Assembly (NCBI GenBank): GCA_013265495.1
Contig: MU058584.1
Span: 7,840,407-7,904,406, forward strand
From: Vicugna vicugna
Lineage: Eukaryota
Length of the DNA: 64,000 nucleotides
Direction: 5' to 3'
In this document: piece by piece, positions 1 through 12,092 of the stretch
Numbering within the stretch: position 1 is the stretch's first letter
Layout of the letters: every line of letters starts with the position of its first letter
The notes under the pieces: generated by a model
Databases searched by the model: none
Seen by the model: only the letters and a program-made list of their open reading frames with translations
What the model was told of the DNA's origin: nothing
Translations under genes and position numbers: made by a program

Positions 1-175
1 TCTCATTTGATATAGTCTATTAAAGTATTAATTAGAGTGCTGGATGTCATGACTATTTCTTTTCTCCAAATGCCATACTATATGCAGCTTTATTTTACAC
101 CATACTTTAATTTTTTCCTAAATAGCAATATTTTGTGGCATCTTTTCATATCCATAAATGTATATACCAAGTATC

Positions 176-690
176 ATTTTTTTCACACACAAACCCATAA
201 TAACCCCTTTTTTCCTCCCCTACCCCTGTTGCCCCTCGCCCCTTCCCTCTCCCCACTGGTAACCACCAGTTTGTTCTCTGTATCTGTGAGTCTGCTTCTT
301 TTTTTGTTTTATTTACTAGTTTGTTATATTTTGAAAACAGCTTTATTGGGGTGTAATTGACATACAATAAGCAACATGTCAAAGTGTACAATTTGGTTAG
401 TTTTGATGTTTATATATCTAGGAAACGATCACCACAATAAAGATAATGAACATATCCATCTCCCCCCAAAATTTCCTCACGCCCCTTTGTAGTTTTTCCT
501 CTCAACCCTCACCCCCAGAGCAGTTAGAGATCTGTTTTCTATCACTATACTTTAGTTTATATTTTCTAGTTTTTTATGTAAGTGAAATGTACAGTTTCTA
601 ATGCCATTTTTAATAGCTGTTTGGTATTTCATTGTCTAGGCGGGAATATAATTTGTTAATCAATCCTCCATGCTAAACATTTAGGTTGGC
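176..690 (-). mobile_element. Old L1 3'-end fragments (two adjacent pieces)
   Basis: L1 3' UTR-like ggtaaccaccagtttgttctctgtatctgtgagtctg and acagctttattggggtgtaattgacatacaa. Confidence 0.65.
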
Positions 691-1181
691 TTTTTCCCCC
701 CTGCTCTTATACACTTTACTTTGCTATATTAAGATGTATATATAAGGATGATCATTTGGAACCATTTGTTCTTAGATTAAATTTCTGAAAGTATTTTGCT
801 GAATTAAAGGCTGTGATACCTTTGAGACAATATGGCCAAACTGCCCTTTAGTCAGATTACACTCTTACTAGCTAGCTGTTCTTAGTCAAGTCATTACTTC
901 TCTAAGAATGAGCTTTGTCATTAAAAATAAAGCTTTGTCTTTTAAAAATATTTTGTAGGACAAAATCAGTATCTTGTTTTATTTTCCCCACTAATGATAT
1001 GCTTGAGAAGTATACTTAGGGTGTTCCTTATGTATATGTAACTAAGGCTACAAATCCTCTTCCTTACATTTTTAATGAGTAACTTAATGGAACTCTAGTT
1101 TATGTAAGCTGTTAATGTCATGTTTAATATGAACTGTTATATATGGTTTATCTAAATAATTGCCCTGTGTTCTTTTTAAAG

Positions 1182-1289
1182 GTTTGTTATTGAACTCTGT
1201 GAACCAATTCAAGTAAAACAGTTTGATATTGCAAATTATGAATTATTTTCTTCTACTCCTAAAGACTTTCTGGTTTCTATCAGTGACAG
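1182..1289 (+). CDS. SUCO: SUCO internal coding exon (SUN domain)
   Basis: tttttaaag acceptor, gtaaat donor; 108 nt, phase 2/2; translates (W)[35 protein letters not shown](R), a SUN-domain motif recognised from SUCO. Confidence 0.97.
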
Positions 1290-1439
1290 GTAAATCCCAA
1301 AGCTGGTTTGTATAGTTTATGTTTGATCTCCAGAATACATTTTTAAAAATGGGTCACATTTTAAAACTTTAATTATTTTATCTTTTATTTTAATCAGTGT
1401 GTATCAATGTGTAAGAACAGTAATACTACTGCTGTAAGG

Positions 1440-1650
1440 TAGGTATTTATTAATCAGTTTACTTTTATTAAGTTATATGGTGCTTATAACAACCCTCTGA
1501 TATTGTTCCCTTATGAGATGGGGAAACAGACAAGGAGAGATTAAGCAGTTTGCCTAGGTCACATGACTTGTGAGTTGGAGAACCAAGATTCAAAAGTAGA
1601 TCTGTATGACTTTAAAGTCCTTACTTTTAATTATTATGTTCTATGGCTTC
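1440..1650 (-). mobile_element. MIR SINE
   Basis: MIR core: gagatggggaaacaga...ttaagcagtttgcctaggtcacatgact...ccaagattcaaa. Confidence 0.7.
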
Positions 1651-2879
1651 CAAACATTTCTTTGAAAAGTTATTAAAAACATGAGCATTTCATTTTGTAT
1701 CATGAGATATATTTTTGTAAAAGTATATTTAAAAAAAAACCTTGTTTTGTGTGTGTGTTGTTATAAAAGAAAGAAATACACGTTGTAAGGAATCTGGTAG
1801 AGAACCTCAATCCTATCAACCAAAGATAACTCGTAGCATTTTAATATATTCCTTCAGTCTTTTCTACATACTTATATAATTCTACCAGAAAATCAGTTTT
1901 TAATGTTTATATCTTGAAAACATCCTTTTGTGTTTTAAAGAACTCATTTTTAATGAGTACTTGAAGTTTTCCCCCCGGTGGAGGTGTTTATTCATTCCAT
2001 AAATACTTTTTGCGTACCCACAATGTATCATGAGGATGCTATTATTTGTTTAACTGTTCTTTTGTCGTTGATTATTTAGGGTTTTCTGTTGTGTTTCTTC
2101 CCCACCCCACACTTAGCATTGCATATATACAGTTTTTAAAATCAGTTCTCAAGACTGTTGAGAATTTCATTCATTTTTCTTTCACTAACCTTGCTTAGAT
2201 CACTTCCTTTCCTCCAAGCTGTAATTTTCTTGTATGTCAAATGGACATGTTCAGCTTTGACAGGTAAACTGTATTTTTTTTTAAATATGGTAAGAGAGCA
2301 CTCATTACTTTGAGGGATTCTTAAATGCTGTAGTAAGCAAAAATAATAGTTTTGGGCTTTTATATTAGATTTCCTTTTTAAAGGAGGAACAGCTATGTAA
2401 GATCTGTGAAATCCAAATATGATAGTAAAGGATTTTTTCTGTTTCTCTTTCCGTCAGTACTTATACTTATACTTTATATTACCACACTTATCGGTACACG
2501 AAGAATAGTACCTCATACTTTCAGAACAATCTCTTGGCTACTTTCTGTTTTAAAGCCTCTAGTTTACTTGGGAGTTCTCCCAAACCCCAAGAAGTGGTCC
2601 TGGACCTACTTTTATCTTTGCCCTGTCTTGGCTTCTATTTGATAATGGTGTGATTTTTCAAGGTAGTCTTTCCTCATAAGGAGGAACCTGTCAGAGTTTA
2701 GTGGGAAAAGAAAATGTATTTGTTCAACTCAGTACTTACATTTGAACTATGTTAAGTGAGTCTGTTCACCTGGAGAGGAAAAAAAATGCACAGAGTCTTT
2801 TTTGAAAATGTGATGGAATCTCTCTACATGTGGTTTATGATTTTTTTTAAAAAGAATATTTTTATTTTCTATTTCCTAG

Positions 2880-2985
2880 ATACCCCACAAATAAGTGGAT
2901 TAAGCTGGGTACTTTCCATGGTAGAGATGAGAGGAATGTTCAGAGTTTCCCTTTAGATGAACAGATGTATGCAAAATATGTGAAG
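2880..2985 (+). CDS. SUCO: SUCO coding exon (SUN domain)
   Basis: ttcctag / gtaatg; 106 nt, phase 2/0; (R)[35 protein letters not shown]. Confidence 0.97.
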
Positions 2986-4268
2986 GTAATGTTTACATAT
3001 ACAGAACAATGTTCTATAATGAAAACATACCTATTATTCGTACTTTGTACCTCACCTCACTTGTTTAGAAATCAGAAAAATTAAGAGGAAATTTACTGCA
3101 ATATTTCTTTTAATAAAAAAAATTCTTACTTGAATATATTATTTAATGGGACAAATTAATACATTCCATTCTGTGTAACTGGAAACCTAGGCCAGTTTTT
3201 TTGATATCTGTGGCTTTGATGAAATTCTAAGTTGTAACTCTTAAATATTTTTGGAATCTTGATATAAAATGTCATCTTCATAATATTATATATCTTTCTA
3301 TTTTAAAACCCAAATTATGTTCAGTGACTGGAGTCTTTAAAGCCGGTCTAATTTCTTAACTTACTAGATTCTGATTCTTAGATCATTTCCATTTTAATAC
3401 CCAATTATTTGTCATTATAGCTTTTTTCTTTTGTATATTCAGGTGAAATATTGTATGTCCAAATAACAATTTGAAATAAAGTAAAAATTAAACCACTTAA
3501 ATTCAGTATTCTTGCTGCTTTCTCTACCATTGTAGAGGTAGAAATTATCTACCAAACTGGAATTATCACTCTAGAATTGGATTTAGACTAAATATGAGAG
3601 TTTCCTACTCCTCTCATTTCCTCCTTTTTTTCTTTAAAATAATAGCTGTACTTTAAAGTACAACTGTGTTAATAATACGGTCTTTTGGAATGACAGCAGC
3701 TCTAATTTTCTTTCTAGTCTCTTCTTCTTTAAATGTGAAAACTTTCAGCTACCTAGTTGTCTCTTGTTGATTTTACTGTCTGTGTCTTTTTAAAGCATGT
3801 ATTAAATTGGCTTCTGTAAATGGGTAAACTTGTAGTATTCCTAGTCTCAGTATAAAAATGCTAATTAAAAAAATACAGTTGATATTCTCAGGTAATAATT
3901 CAGCAATGTTCAGAAAAATGAAGGTGCATTTTCAGTTTCCTTTAAAGTGGATACTGGAACAATTGTTTAATGACCTTTTTATATAGCACAGTTTCTATAC
4001 CATGGTGAGGAAAAGAATGTTAAACATAATTTGGCAGATGATACAGTTGTACCTAATTTTACAATTAAGACAACTCACATGTTATGAAATAGTTCAAAGA
4101 ACCTTCTTTATACCATCAACTTAGTTAATAATGGAAGAACATTTCATTGGTGATATAAAAAGTCCTGTATAAAACTCCTTACTTTTTCCTTTTTATGATG
4201 GGAGACCATAGAACATTTTGATGATTGGTTTTCTTTAAAAAAAAAAAAAAAAAAAAAAAACCCGATTT

Positions 4269-4452
4269 NNNNNNNNNNNNNNNNNNNNNNNNNNNNNNNN
4301 NNNNNNNNNNNNNNNNNNNNNNNNNNNNNNNNNNNNNNNNNNNNNNNNNNNNNNNNNNNNNNNNNNNNNNNNNNNNNNNNNNNNNNNNNNNNNNNNNNNN
4401 NNNNNNNNNNNNNNNNNNNNNNNNNNNNNNNNNNNNNNNNNNNNNNNNNNNN
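4269..4452. other. Assembly gap (184 N) flanked by poly-A on both sides
   Basis: N run seen directly. Confidence 1.
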
Positions 4453-5046
4453 AAAAAAAAAAAAAAAAAAACAACCGACTTTGGTAGAAGTAAGTCTAAA
4501 AGCAAAAAAAAAAAAAATTTACTTCTTATTCTCATTTTATAGTGATAAATGTTATATAAATTTACTTGGGTTTTCCTTATCACAAAAGAACTAAACCCAA
4601 ATTTACAAACCACTTTTCAATAGCTTATATTTTAAAAGTGGATAGATAAATATCTTCTAGTTATGTAAGTTGTGTTTGAAATAACATAGCATACCCCAAA
4701 AATTTATGCTTTCCCTAAAATAATCGGTTTATAATATTGTGCAAGAATAAATATCATTTCATAGTATGCTAATCTTTTTATCAATATTTATTTATAAATA
4801 CATGTAGCTACATATATCAATATATAAATTGATAAATAGGTATATACATGATATATATCTGTAACATTTAAAGTAATATAAGAGAGGTTATTTCTTGATA
4901 CCCTTTATTAATTTTAGAATGCATTCGTATTTAGTGGATAAATAAAACAGCAGCAATGAGTTTTAGGTTATTTAACTTAATAACCTTAAAGTTAATTTAC
5001 TTCATTATAGTTGGACTATACTTCATAGATATGATGGTTAAAATTT

Positions 5047-5167
5047 GGGGGGGGCGGGGAGGTAATTAGGTTTATTTGTTTATTTTTTAGAGGAGGTACT
5101 GGAGATTGAACCCAGGAACTCATGCATGCTAAGCATGTGCTGTACCGCTTGAGCTATACCCTCCCCC
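5047..5167 (-). mobile_element. Camelid tRNA-derived SINE (Vic-1-like)
   Basis: Reverse complement ggggagggtatagctcaagcggta...ctgggttcaatctccagtacc carries Pol III A and B boxes; imperfect TSD ggttaaaattt / ggtaaaaattt. Confidence 0.88.
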
Positions 5168-5353
5168 GGTAAAAATTTTAATCATTGCTTTGGTTTCTGC
5201 AGAGAAATAAGAGTACTACAATGTTATCCATCACAGTACATCGCTTTCTGTACTTTAATTATACAGTATAATTTACAAATATTAAATGTTGCTATGGCAT
5301 GTTTTTCAGACTTTGGAACTGATCTCTTTTTCTTTTCCTTTCTCTTGCTTCAG

Positions 5354-5374
5354 ATGTTCATCAAGTACATAAAG
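5354..5374 (+). CDS. SUCO: SUCO 21-nt frame-preserving microexon (MFIKYIK)
   Basis: Long pyrimidine tract plus cag acceptor, aag/gttagc donor, phase 0/0; MFIKYIK sits between KYVK and VEL in human SUCO as I recall it. Confidence 0.9.
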
Positions 5375-5576
5375 GTTAGCAACCTTCTCTTTTGCAATAT
5401 TGAGTAACAGGGCATGGCATATTACTGCATGGCAAAAAGCAAAACTTTACAAGTATTGATTTTTGGGAAATAAGGACTTTATTTTTAGAAATGTTATAAT
5501 GAAAAAACTGAATATGTTGTTAGGTAATCTCACATGTGCTGTGCTGGTTCCTATTTCATGTAATTTTATTCTTTAG

Positions 5577-5632
5577 GTGGAGCTGGTATCACATTTTGGA
5601 TCAGAGCACTTTTGTCCATTAAGCCTTATAAG
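5577..5632 (+). CDS. SUCO: SUCO coding exon (SUN domain)
   Basis: ctttag / gtaata; 56 nt, phase 0/2; VELVSHFGSEHFCPLSLI(R). Confidence 0.97.
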
Positions 5633-6111
5633 GTAATATAGAACAAAAACTTTACTGAGTGGTTTAAAAAGAAAAAAAGGTATACATAAAAATCTCAATA
5701 TATTTAAAGTGAAGAAATAATTTTCTATTATGTGAGGTTAATACTATAGAAATACAAGCTGCTAAATCTTTCTTGCTCTTGAATACATTTTAGAAAAATG
5801 TAAAAATTTCCTCAGTTAAGAAGAAAGAACCTTCGTTTTATGTGTTTGATTTAGCTTGTGTGCTATGGTAATAATATCTGGAAACATTTTTAGACTTATA
5901 AAAAACGTATTTTTAAATGCCTTAAATACCTTAACATTTTCATAGAAACAGTGGATTAATAACTGCAGTATAAGAAACAGTCATTGTTTTAGAGTCCAGA
6001 AGTTAATGGCTCTCAAAACATAGCCAGAATTGGTATATTTTGTCATTTATTGTGAAGAGATGAGTCATAACAACTCTGGTTTTGAGTCTTTAATGAAATT
6101 GTCATTAATAG

Positions 6112-6203
6112 GGTGTTTGGCACCAGCATGGTGGAAGAATATGAAGAGATTGCCGATTCCCAGTATCACTCAGAACGTCAAGAACTATTTGATGAGGACT
6201 ATG
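6112..6203 (+). CDS. SUCO: SUCO coding exon (end of SUN domain)
   Basis: taatag / gtaagt; 92 nt, phase 2/1; (R)[30 protein letters not shown](D). Confidence 0.96.
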
Positions 6204-7039
6204 GTAAGTGACTTTAAAATAGTAGCTTCTATGTTTTGCGTTTTTTTTGATTTTTGATATCTAATAGTAATGGGTAAGTAGAGGTCACTTAAAAAACCAA
6301 TATGATGGTTGTCTTGAGACTTTAGTTTTTTCATTGTTTTTAACCCTCATTACTATTTTTCCTTAAACCTGTTTTTTAAAATGATTTTCTGCTTTGTAAA
6401 TAGAGCTGTTTTCCAAGCTTGTCAATCAGTTATTTGTGACTGGAATGCCCTTCTATAACATTAGTGCTGTATATTATGATTGTATCCCTATGCTAGGCCC
6501 CAAAACCTATTAAACTCTTAAGGTGACTGACAGCAGAATTGAACATTAATTCTTTTGATTTGCCTTAAGCCCAGGAGCAAGCATATTGAGGCCTGAGCCT
6601 TTGAGTAACCCCTATGAGTCTGAAGGGGTAGAAGAAGGCTTTATGACACCCTCCATTTCAACTTTATCAACTTCTTGTTATAAAATATCTTAAACCATAG
6701 TCTGAAAATCTAATTTTCCCTTCCCTAGCTTTCCCACAAGTGAAGTGAAGATATTTACTAGGGGTTGGTAAAGTATATTGAAAGCTTGAATAAAAGTCTT
6801 ATAAATATGATTAAAATTTTGGTAAGCAGTAGGAATATTTTCCTTGGTTTGTATCTGTCTGATAAATGACTTGTGAGTTTCTGTTTCTTCTTGTGAACTT
6901 GTTTTAGATGTATAATATATATTTATCATAAAATCTGTTTTAAATGTCAGCTGACTTTGACAGGACATAATTTGAGCTTTTAAGCATATTTTCGATGATA
7001 GTTCTCTGCATAATTACCTTTCATTTTCTCTTTAAACAG

Positions 7040-7105
7040 ATTATCCACTGGATTATAATACTGGGGAGGATAAGTCCTCAAAAAATCTTCTTGGTTCTGC
7101 TACAA
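7040..7105 (+). CDS. SUCO: SUCO coding exon
   Basis: tttaaacag / gtgagt; 66 nt, phase 1/1; (D)[21 protein letters not shown](N). Confidence 0.96.
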
Positions 7106-10100
7106 GTGAGTATTTTGGGGTTTTCCTAGTCACTGTTAGAGTATTTCTCAACTTTTTTGTTGTTTTTTTCTGGCATATGTGGCCATTTTGTTATAATAAT
7201 TTAGGAGGCTCCTACTCCCAATGTGAACTTTGATTTGAAATCAAAGATACTGGGTTTTGGAAAGTATTTCTATGGGAATAAAATAGTAAAAGTAGATGAA
7301 AAGAAAGAAGAGAGGAAAAAATGCAAGCCCAAGTTGGTTCTTCTTTGATAATTAAGCACTTATATTTTTAGGCAAATTCCTTAGAGTGAAGAATGGGTTA
7401 TTAGTTTACATGGGGAAAGAATTATTAAAGAGGTCCCAGACCACATGAGTAGGCACATCTGAGTAATCATACTGGATGGGAAAGGAATTAGATTTAGAGG
7501 TGGTATGCATCAGTGAAGTCCTAGCAGATGAGGATTCGTTAATGTATGGGTATGGTTAAGTTTCCTACTAAATTACAAAACATAAAGGCTGTTCTTATTC
7601 ATAATAATGATTCCCAAACAATAAAATAATAGTTATAATAATATACTCTTTGTAAACTAAAAAAAACAATGACTAAGATACTAGTTGTTTAGTTTTTTGT
7701 CATGCCAGCCTATTATCTGAACTTAGTGGTGGGCTAAGGAGACTTCTGGAAAGATCATTACCAACTGAAACTTTATATTTACTGCTAGGACGCAGGTAGG
7801 TATATTTTAATGTTTGTTATTTTTGGTTATTCTTGAAGAATTTGGAACTTACTGGAAGGAGTTTTCTTTTTATTTGGAGATTAATAATTGAATTTAATAA
7901 AAGTAAATCTTAGTAAACTAGAAGACTGCTTATTTGTGCATTTCTCTTGTTGCCCTTAGTGAATTGAATTACTTGAATCCCAGTCTCACTGTGTACATTG
8001 TCCTCATAGCTTTTTAAGATACTCAACCAGTAGTGCATATACTTAGGTAGATATTTTGTATGGCTACAGTATATGAAATTAAGAATCAGTTCTTTTTCAT
8101 TTCATCTTTTCTTTTTTTCCCTTTCTTCTCTTCTTCCCTGTTTCCTCTCCATAGAAAACTACAGATTTCAGTGGACTTTTTAAGAAATAGAAAGAGTGTT
8201 AAAAATACTTCCGTAAAGGGAATCCTTTCTGTAGTATTTAACTTCGTTACAGATTAGCGCAGTATTTTGTTTTACCCTATTACTAGTCAGCTGACATTTT
8301 AGATATTATTGACTGCTTTTAAGTGGAATCTTTAGCTATATCTAGTTGATGATGGTGTTAAAAACAGGTGCCTTATTCACTGCTGTGGGATGTAATTTTT
8401 TAGAAGTGAAAAAATGATGCTATTTTATATATCTGGATATTAATATTATTGTTCATGTCCTAAAATTTGTAGTAAAAATTTTATGTCATCATATCATGGT
8501 TCAGTGATGCTGAATTAGCTGTGAGGAAGCATCATCATTTTATGGGTTTGGAAAATAGTCCCAGACTGAAAGATCTCTAGCTTCTGGTGGTTACTGGAGA
8601 GGAAGGGGCACCTTACGGGAATAATGCCTTACGATGGTTTTAAATAAAGGAAAACTGTTGATATTACTGCTTTCTTTTTCTACTTTCCTATGAGATTAAC
8701 TCCAAGACACCATTAAAATCTTTTCAGTGGAGGACACTTCCCTATTTGTAATCACTTCTCTGACTAATGTATTATTTTAACTAATGAGATATAGAATCTT
8801 TTTAGATACTCCTTTCAGATCTTTTTCTTTGAAGGTATGTTTCTTGGTAACACATCATTCATTTTTGCTTTTGTGGCGCTCTGAAAAGGCAGTCCAGTTA
8901 CTTTCCAGTGTTCTAGATGTTGGAAGATTTTGTGTAGTGAGACAAGATGGGTGAGAGGATGTCAGTTGAGCCAAAGCATGAAAAATGGGGTTTAAAAAGA
9001 TGTCCATTTTTAGAAGTTTCAGAGCAAGAGGGGCAGTAGCAGCTGAGTGATCAGACTTTGCTGTCATATAGCTTACAGTCATGATCTAACACTGCTGCCT
9101 TCTTTACCTGTGGCCTTCTTGTTTTTTTCTGAAGAGTCTAGGAATGTTTTTGAGCCTGACCTAGTTACTGTCTCCAGTGTGATGTAACTTTAAGAAGTAG
9201 TAACAGTATGGAACCAGGCCAAAGAGCTTGAATGTCTGAATTTGACCGTAATCATCACCAGTTTCTAAATAAGCTTGAAATTGGCCAATTTTGAACCTAA
9301 TTTATTTTTAATATTTGTATGTTTCCAAAACAGAATTCTGTGGCTTTAATCTAAATTTCCTTTTGCTATTAAGCAATTTGTTGTTACAAAAAATATATGT
9401 CAACAGAATATGTTGTTTCTGTTGGTTGTCAAAGAGCATACATACTGCATATTTAGACATTCTTAATACTATATAATTTGCTAAACTGCCAAACAGGGAG
9501 AAACCACTGTCTTTAGAGCATCATTCTTGGCTTTGTATGTATGCCATTTCTGGTGACTCTTCTGCCTGAATCTTTTGTTTACATTCTTGGATCAGAACAC
9601 TTAAATATTTTATATCAACAAAAATTCTTCATATCACTCTCCTTTCCTTGTACTTGGTCGTGTGAATTTTCCAGACTACTCTCTACTTTGATATTCTTAC
9701 AAGTCTGCCTTTACTCCTAAATATGAGTTGCATTTTGTTAGAATTATCAGATTTGCCAAAGGCCAGTTTTCTATTTATGTTTCTGTATATGTTTAAGATG
9801 AGTAGTTTCTGTTTTCTCTTAAGTCAAAGTATTTTTTTATGAATGAATGTATTTTAAGGTCCTAGAGGGAAAAGACAGAGTGAACGTAGGCATGCTGCAG
9901 AGGTAGCTGAATACACATGGGAGGAAGTAGTTTTTTCGTTGTGTTAGAGCGTGGGCAGTTGGTTTTCTGTGTCAGAAAGAGCCATTGGAGTGCTAGAGAC
10001 CCAGTATAACATGTTGATATTTGGTCCCTAGAAGAATTTCATTTCTAGTGGAATGGGATGGGATGAATAGTTGCCCCACTCAAAAGTAAAGGCGTTGGCT

Positions 10101-12024
10101 AATCCAGGAGAAACTGAGGAGAGATACCTAGTTTAGCACAATATTCCAAATTATTACTTTACCCTATTCGAAAGGCTTTTTAGTGATCAGATTATCATGA
10201 CAAGCTGTCATGTGTTTGGATCCAAATTGAGGATGGTCAGAATATTCCCAAAGGTGCTTTCTCTCAAAAGGAAAAAAAAAAAAAGAGACTGTATTTGGCA
10301 GTATTCTGTGAACATAGCAAGATTATTTCTTATAGATTAGATAGGCTGAAAAAGTAGCAATTTGCCAAATTTTGCCTTTGTTACTGAATGGCCCCCCTGA
10401 AATGATGATAAATAATATTTTCAAATAATGGGTTGTGTAAATCTTCCTTATTGTAGGTAGTAGTGTTAAAATTTAGGTTAAAAATAACTACTAACAGTAC
10501 TTTCTTTACATAGATTATAGATACGAATTTTTAAAATTTTAATAGTAATATGAAAATTTTTTAATGCAAAAAATTTGAAATCTGCGATAAGATAGCCCTT
10601 TGAAGCACAAGGGACTAAGAATATAGACTGATGCCAAAATTTCTGAGTTCTGTGAAGCAGTCAGTTTTGACTGAACTTTAGCTGTCAGGCTAAGTAGAGG
10701 ATCAGATACTACTATTGTAATACTGGTTAACATTAAAATTGGATTTCTGAGGAAATAACATTACATTGTTACTTTATTTTGGTTGATGAGGAAATAGAGT
10801 TTCCATTCCTGTTTTTAATCTCATGCTGAGGCGTCTCTTTAGCCAAAAATCTAAGACTGTTTCTCTGCTTAACAATTTGCCAAGTCAAAGGGCAAGACTG
10901 ACCTATAATCCTAGAATATAAAACTTTTGTGTGTTATATTAATGAATGGAAAAAACGAAGTACCACTGCTTGTTGTCTTTCAGATTATAGAATCATAGTT
11001 ATGTAAAGATGAAAATTAATAACTGTCTACTAGTTATCACTTTTAAAAGTCTAAAATCTCCTACTATTTTCTCTTGCCATAAAGCATGTATTTACAGGCT
11101 CAGTGCCAGGTGGGAGCGCTTGGCTTGTTCCCAACTTTCTTAATGTGCCAGCTTTTCTTTCTTTCGATCCTTTCCTACTTTTCATATCTATGGTTTTCAT
11201 TGAAAGTGTGATGAAAACCCTATGGATCTCTTTTGGGAAAGGAAACTAAGACGGAAAAAACTGATGAGGTTTAATATGTAGCCCTTGCCACATCTCAGTG
11301 TTTTAATAGGAGAGATACCTGATACTGGTGAATTAACTGATAGTGGAAATTCAGAGGTTAGATTAGAGGTGGAAGTTAATTTCCCTTGAAATACATCATA
11401 TTACTAGAAGGAAGCCTTCTGTTCCCAGCATCAGCTTTTCATGGAGTTCTGCTATTTTGTGATTCCCATGTACCTTCGGTTATTTATATAGATATTAAGA
11501 TTTGTAACACTTTACTCATCATTGAGATTCCCTTTGGAAAGAGAGGCAGAATTAGCAAGTATGCAGATGACTTTACCTACAACATTTGTTTTATGACTTT
11601 GATTTTTAATTCATCTGTCCATGCCCATACCCACCCAATTCACAGAAGAATTTGTATGATTTATTGTACATAAAACATTGTTAAAAGTCATCAAAAAGTA
11701 CGATTCTATGCAGTATCAATTTGGGATTTAATCATATTACCAATAGATATCTTACGTTCATGGCTGAAAATAAAGTCTTTCTGCTGTCCTTTGCATAGTA
11801 GTCTTCCTGTTTTATTTAGTTTTACCTACGATAGTCACCTGTTTAGGAAAAACTTTGGTTTCTTCCAGCTTTTTTGTTTTTGTTTTAAACTATAGAACCA
11901 TTTTAAAGAAAAAAAAGCCTTTTTGTAAAATTTGAATTTTGGTTGTCACATTTCTTTCCTGTCCCAGCACAGATTATATGTTGAATTATACTTGTAATAT
12001 GCTGAACATAGTATTTTGCTAAAA

Positions 12025-12092
12025 ACAAAACAAAACAAAACAAAATCAGTGGGTCAATGGTGAAATCAAAGAGGAAATTAAAAAAACAAAAG
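12025..12092 (+). mobile_element. Tiny internal L1 ORF2 fragment with 17-bp TSD
   Basis: cagtgggtcaatggtgaaatcaaagaggaaattaaaaaa (QWVNGEIKEEIKK, L1 ORF2-like); flanking repeats 12008-12024 and 12093-12109 match 15/17. Confidence 0.7.

Noticed and set aside
4179..4613. ORFs of 79-144 aa spanning the N run
   Set aside because: Artefacts of the gap and homopolymers
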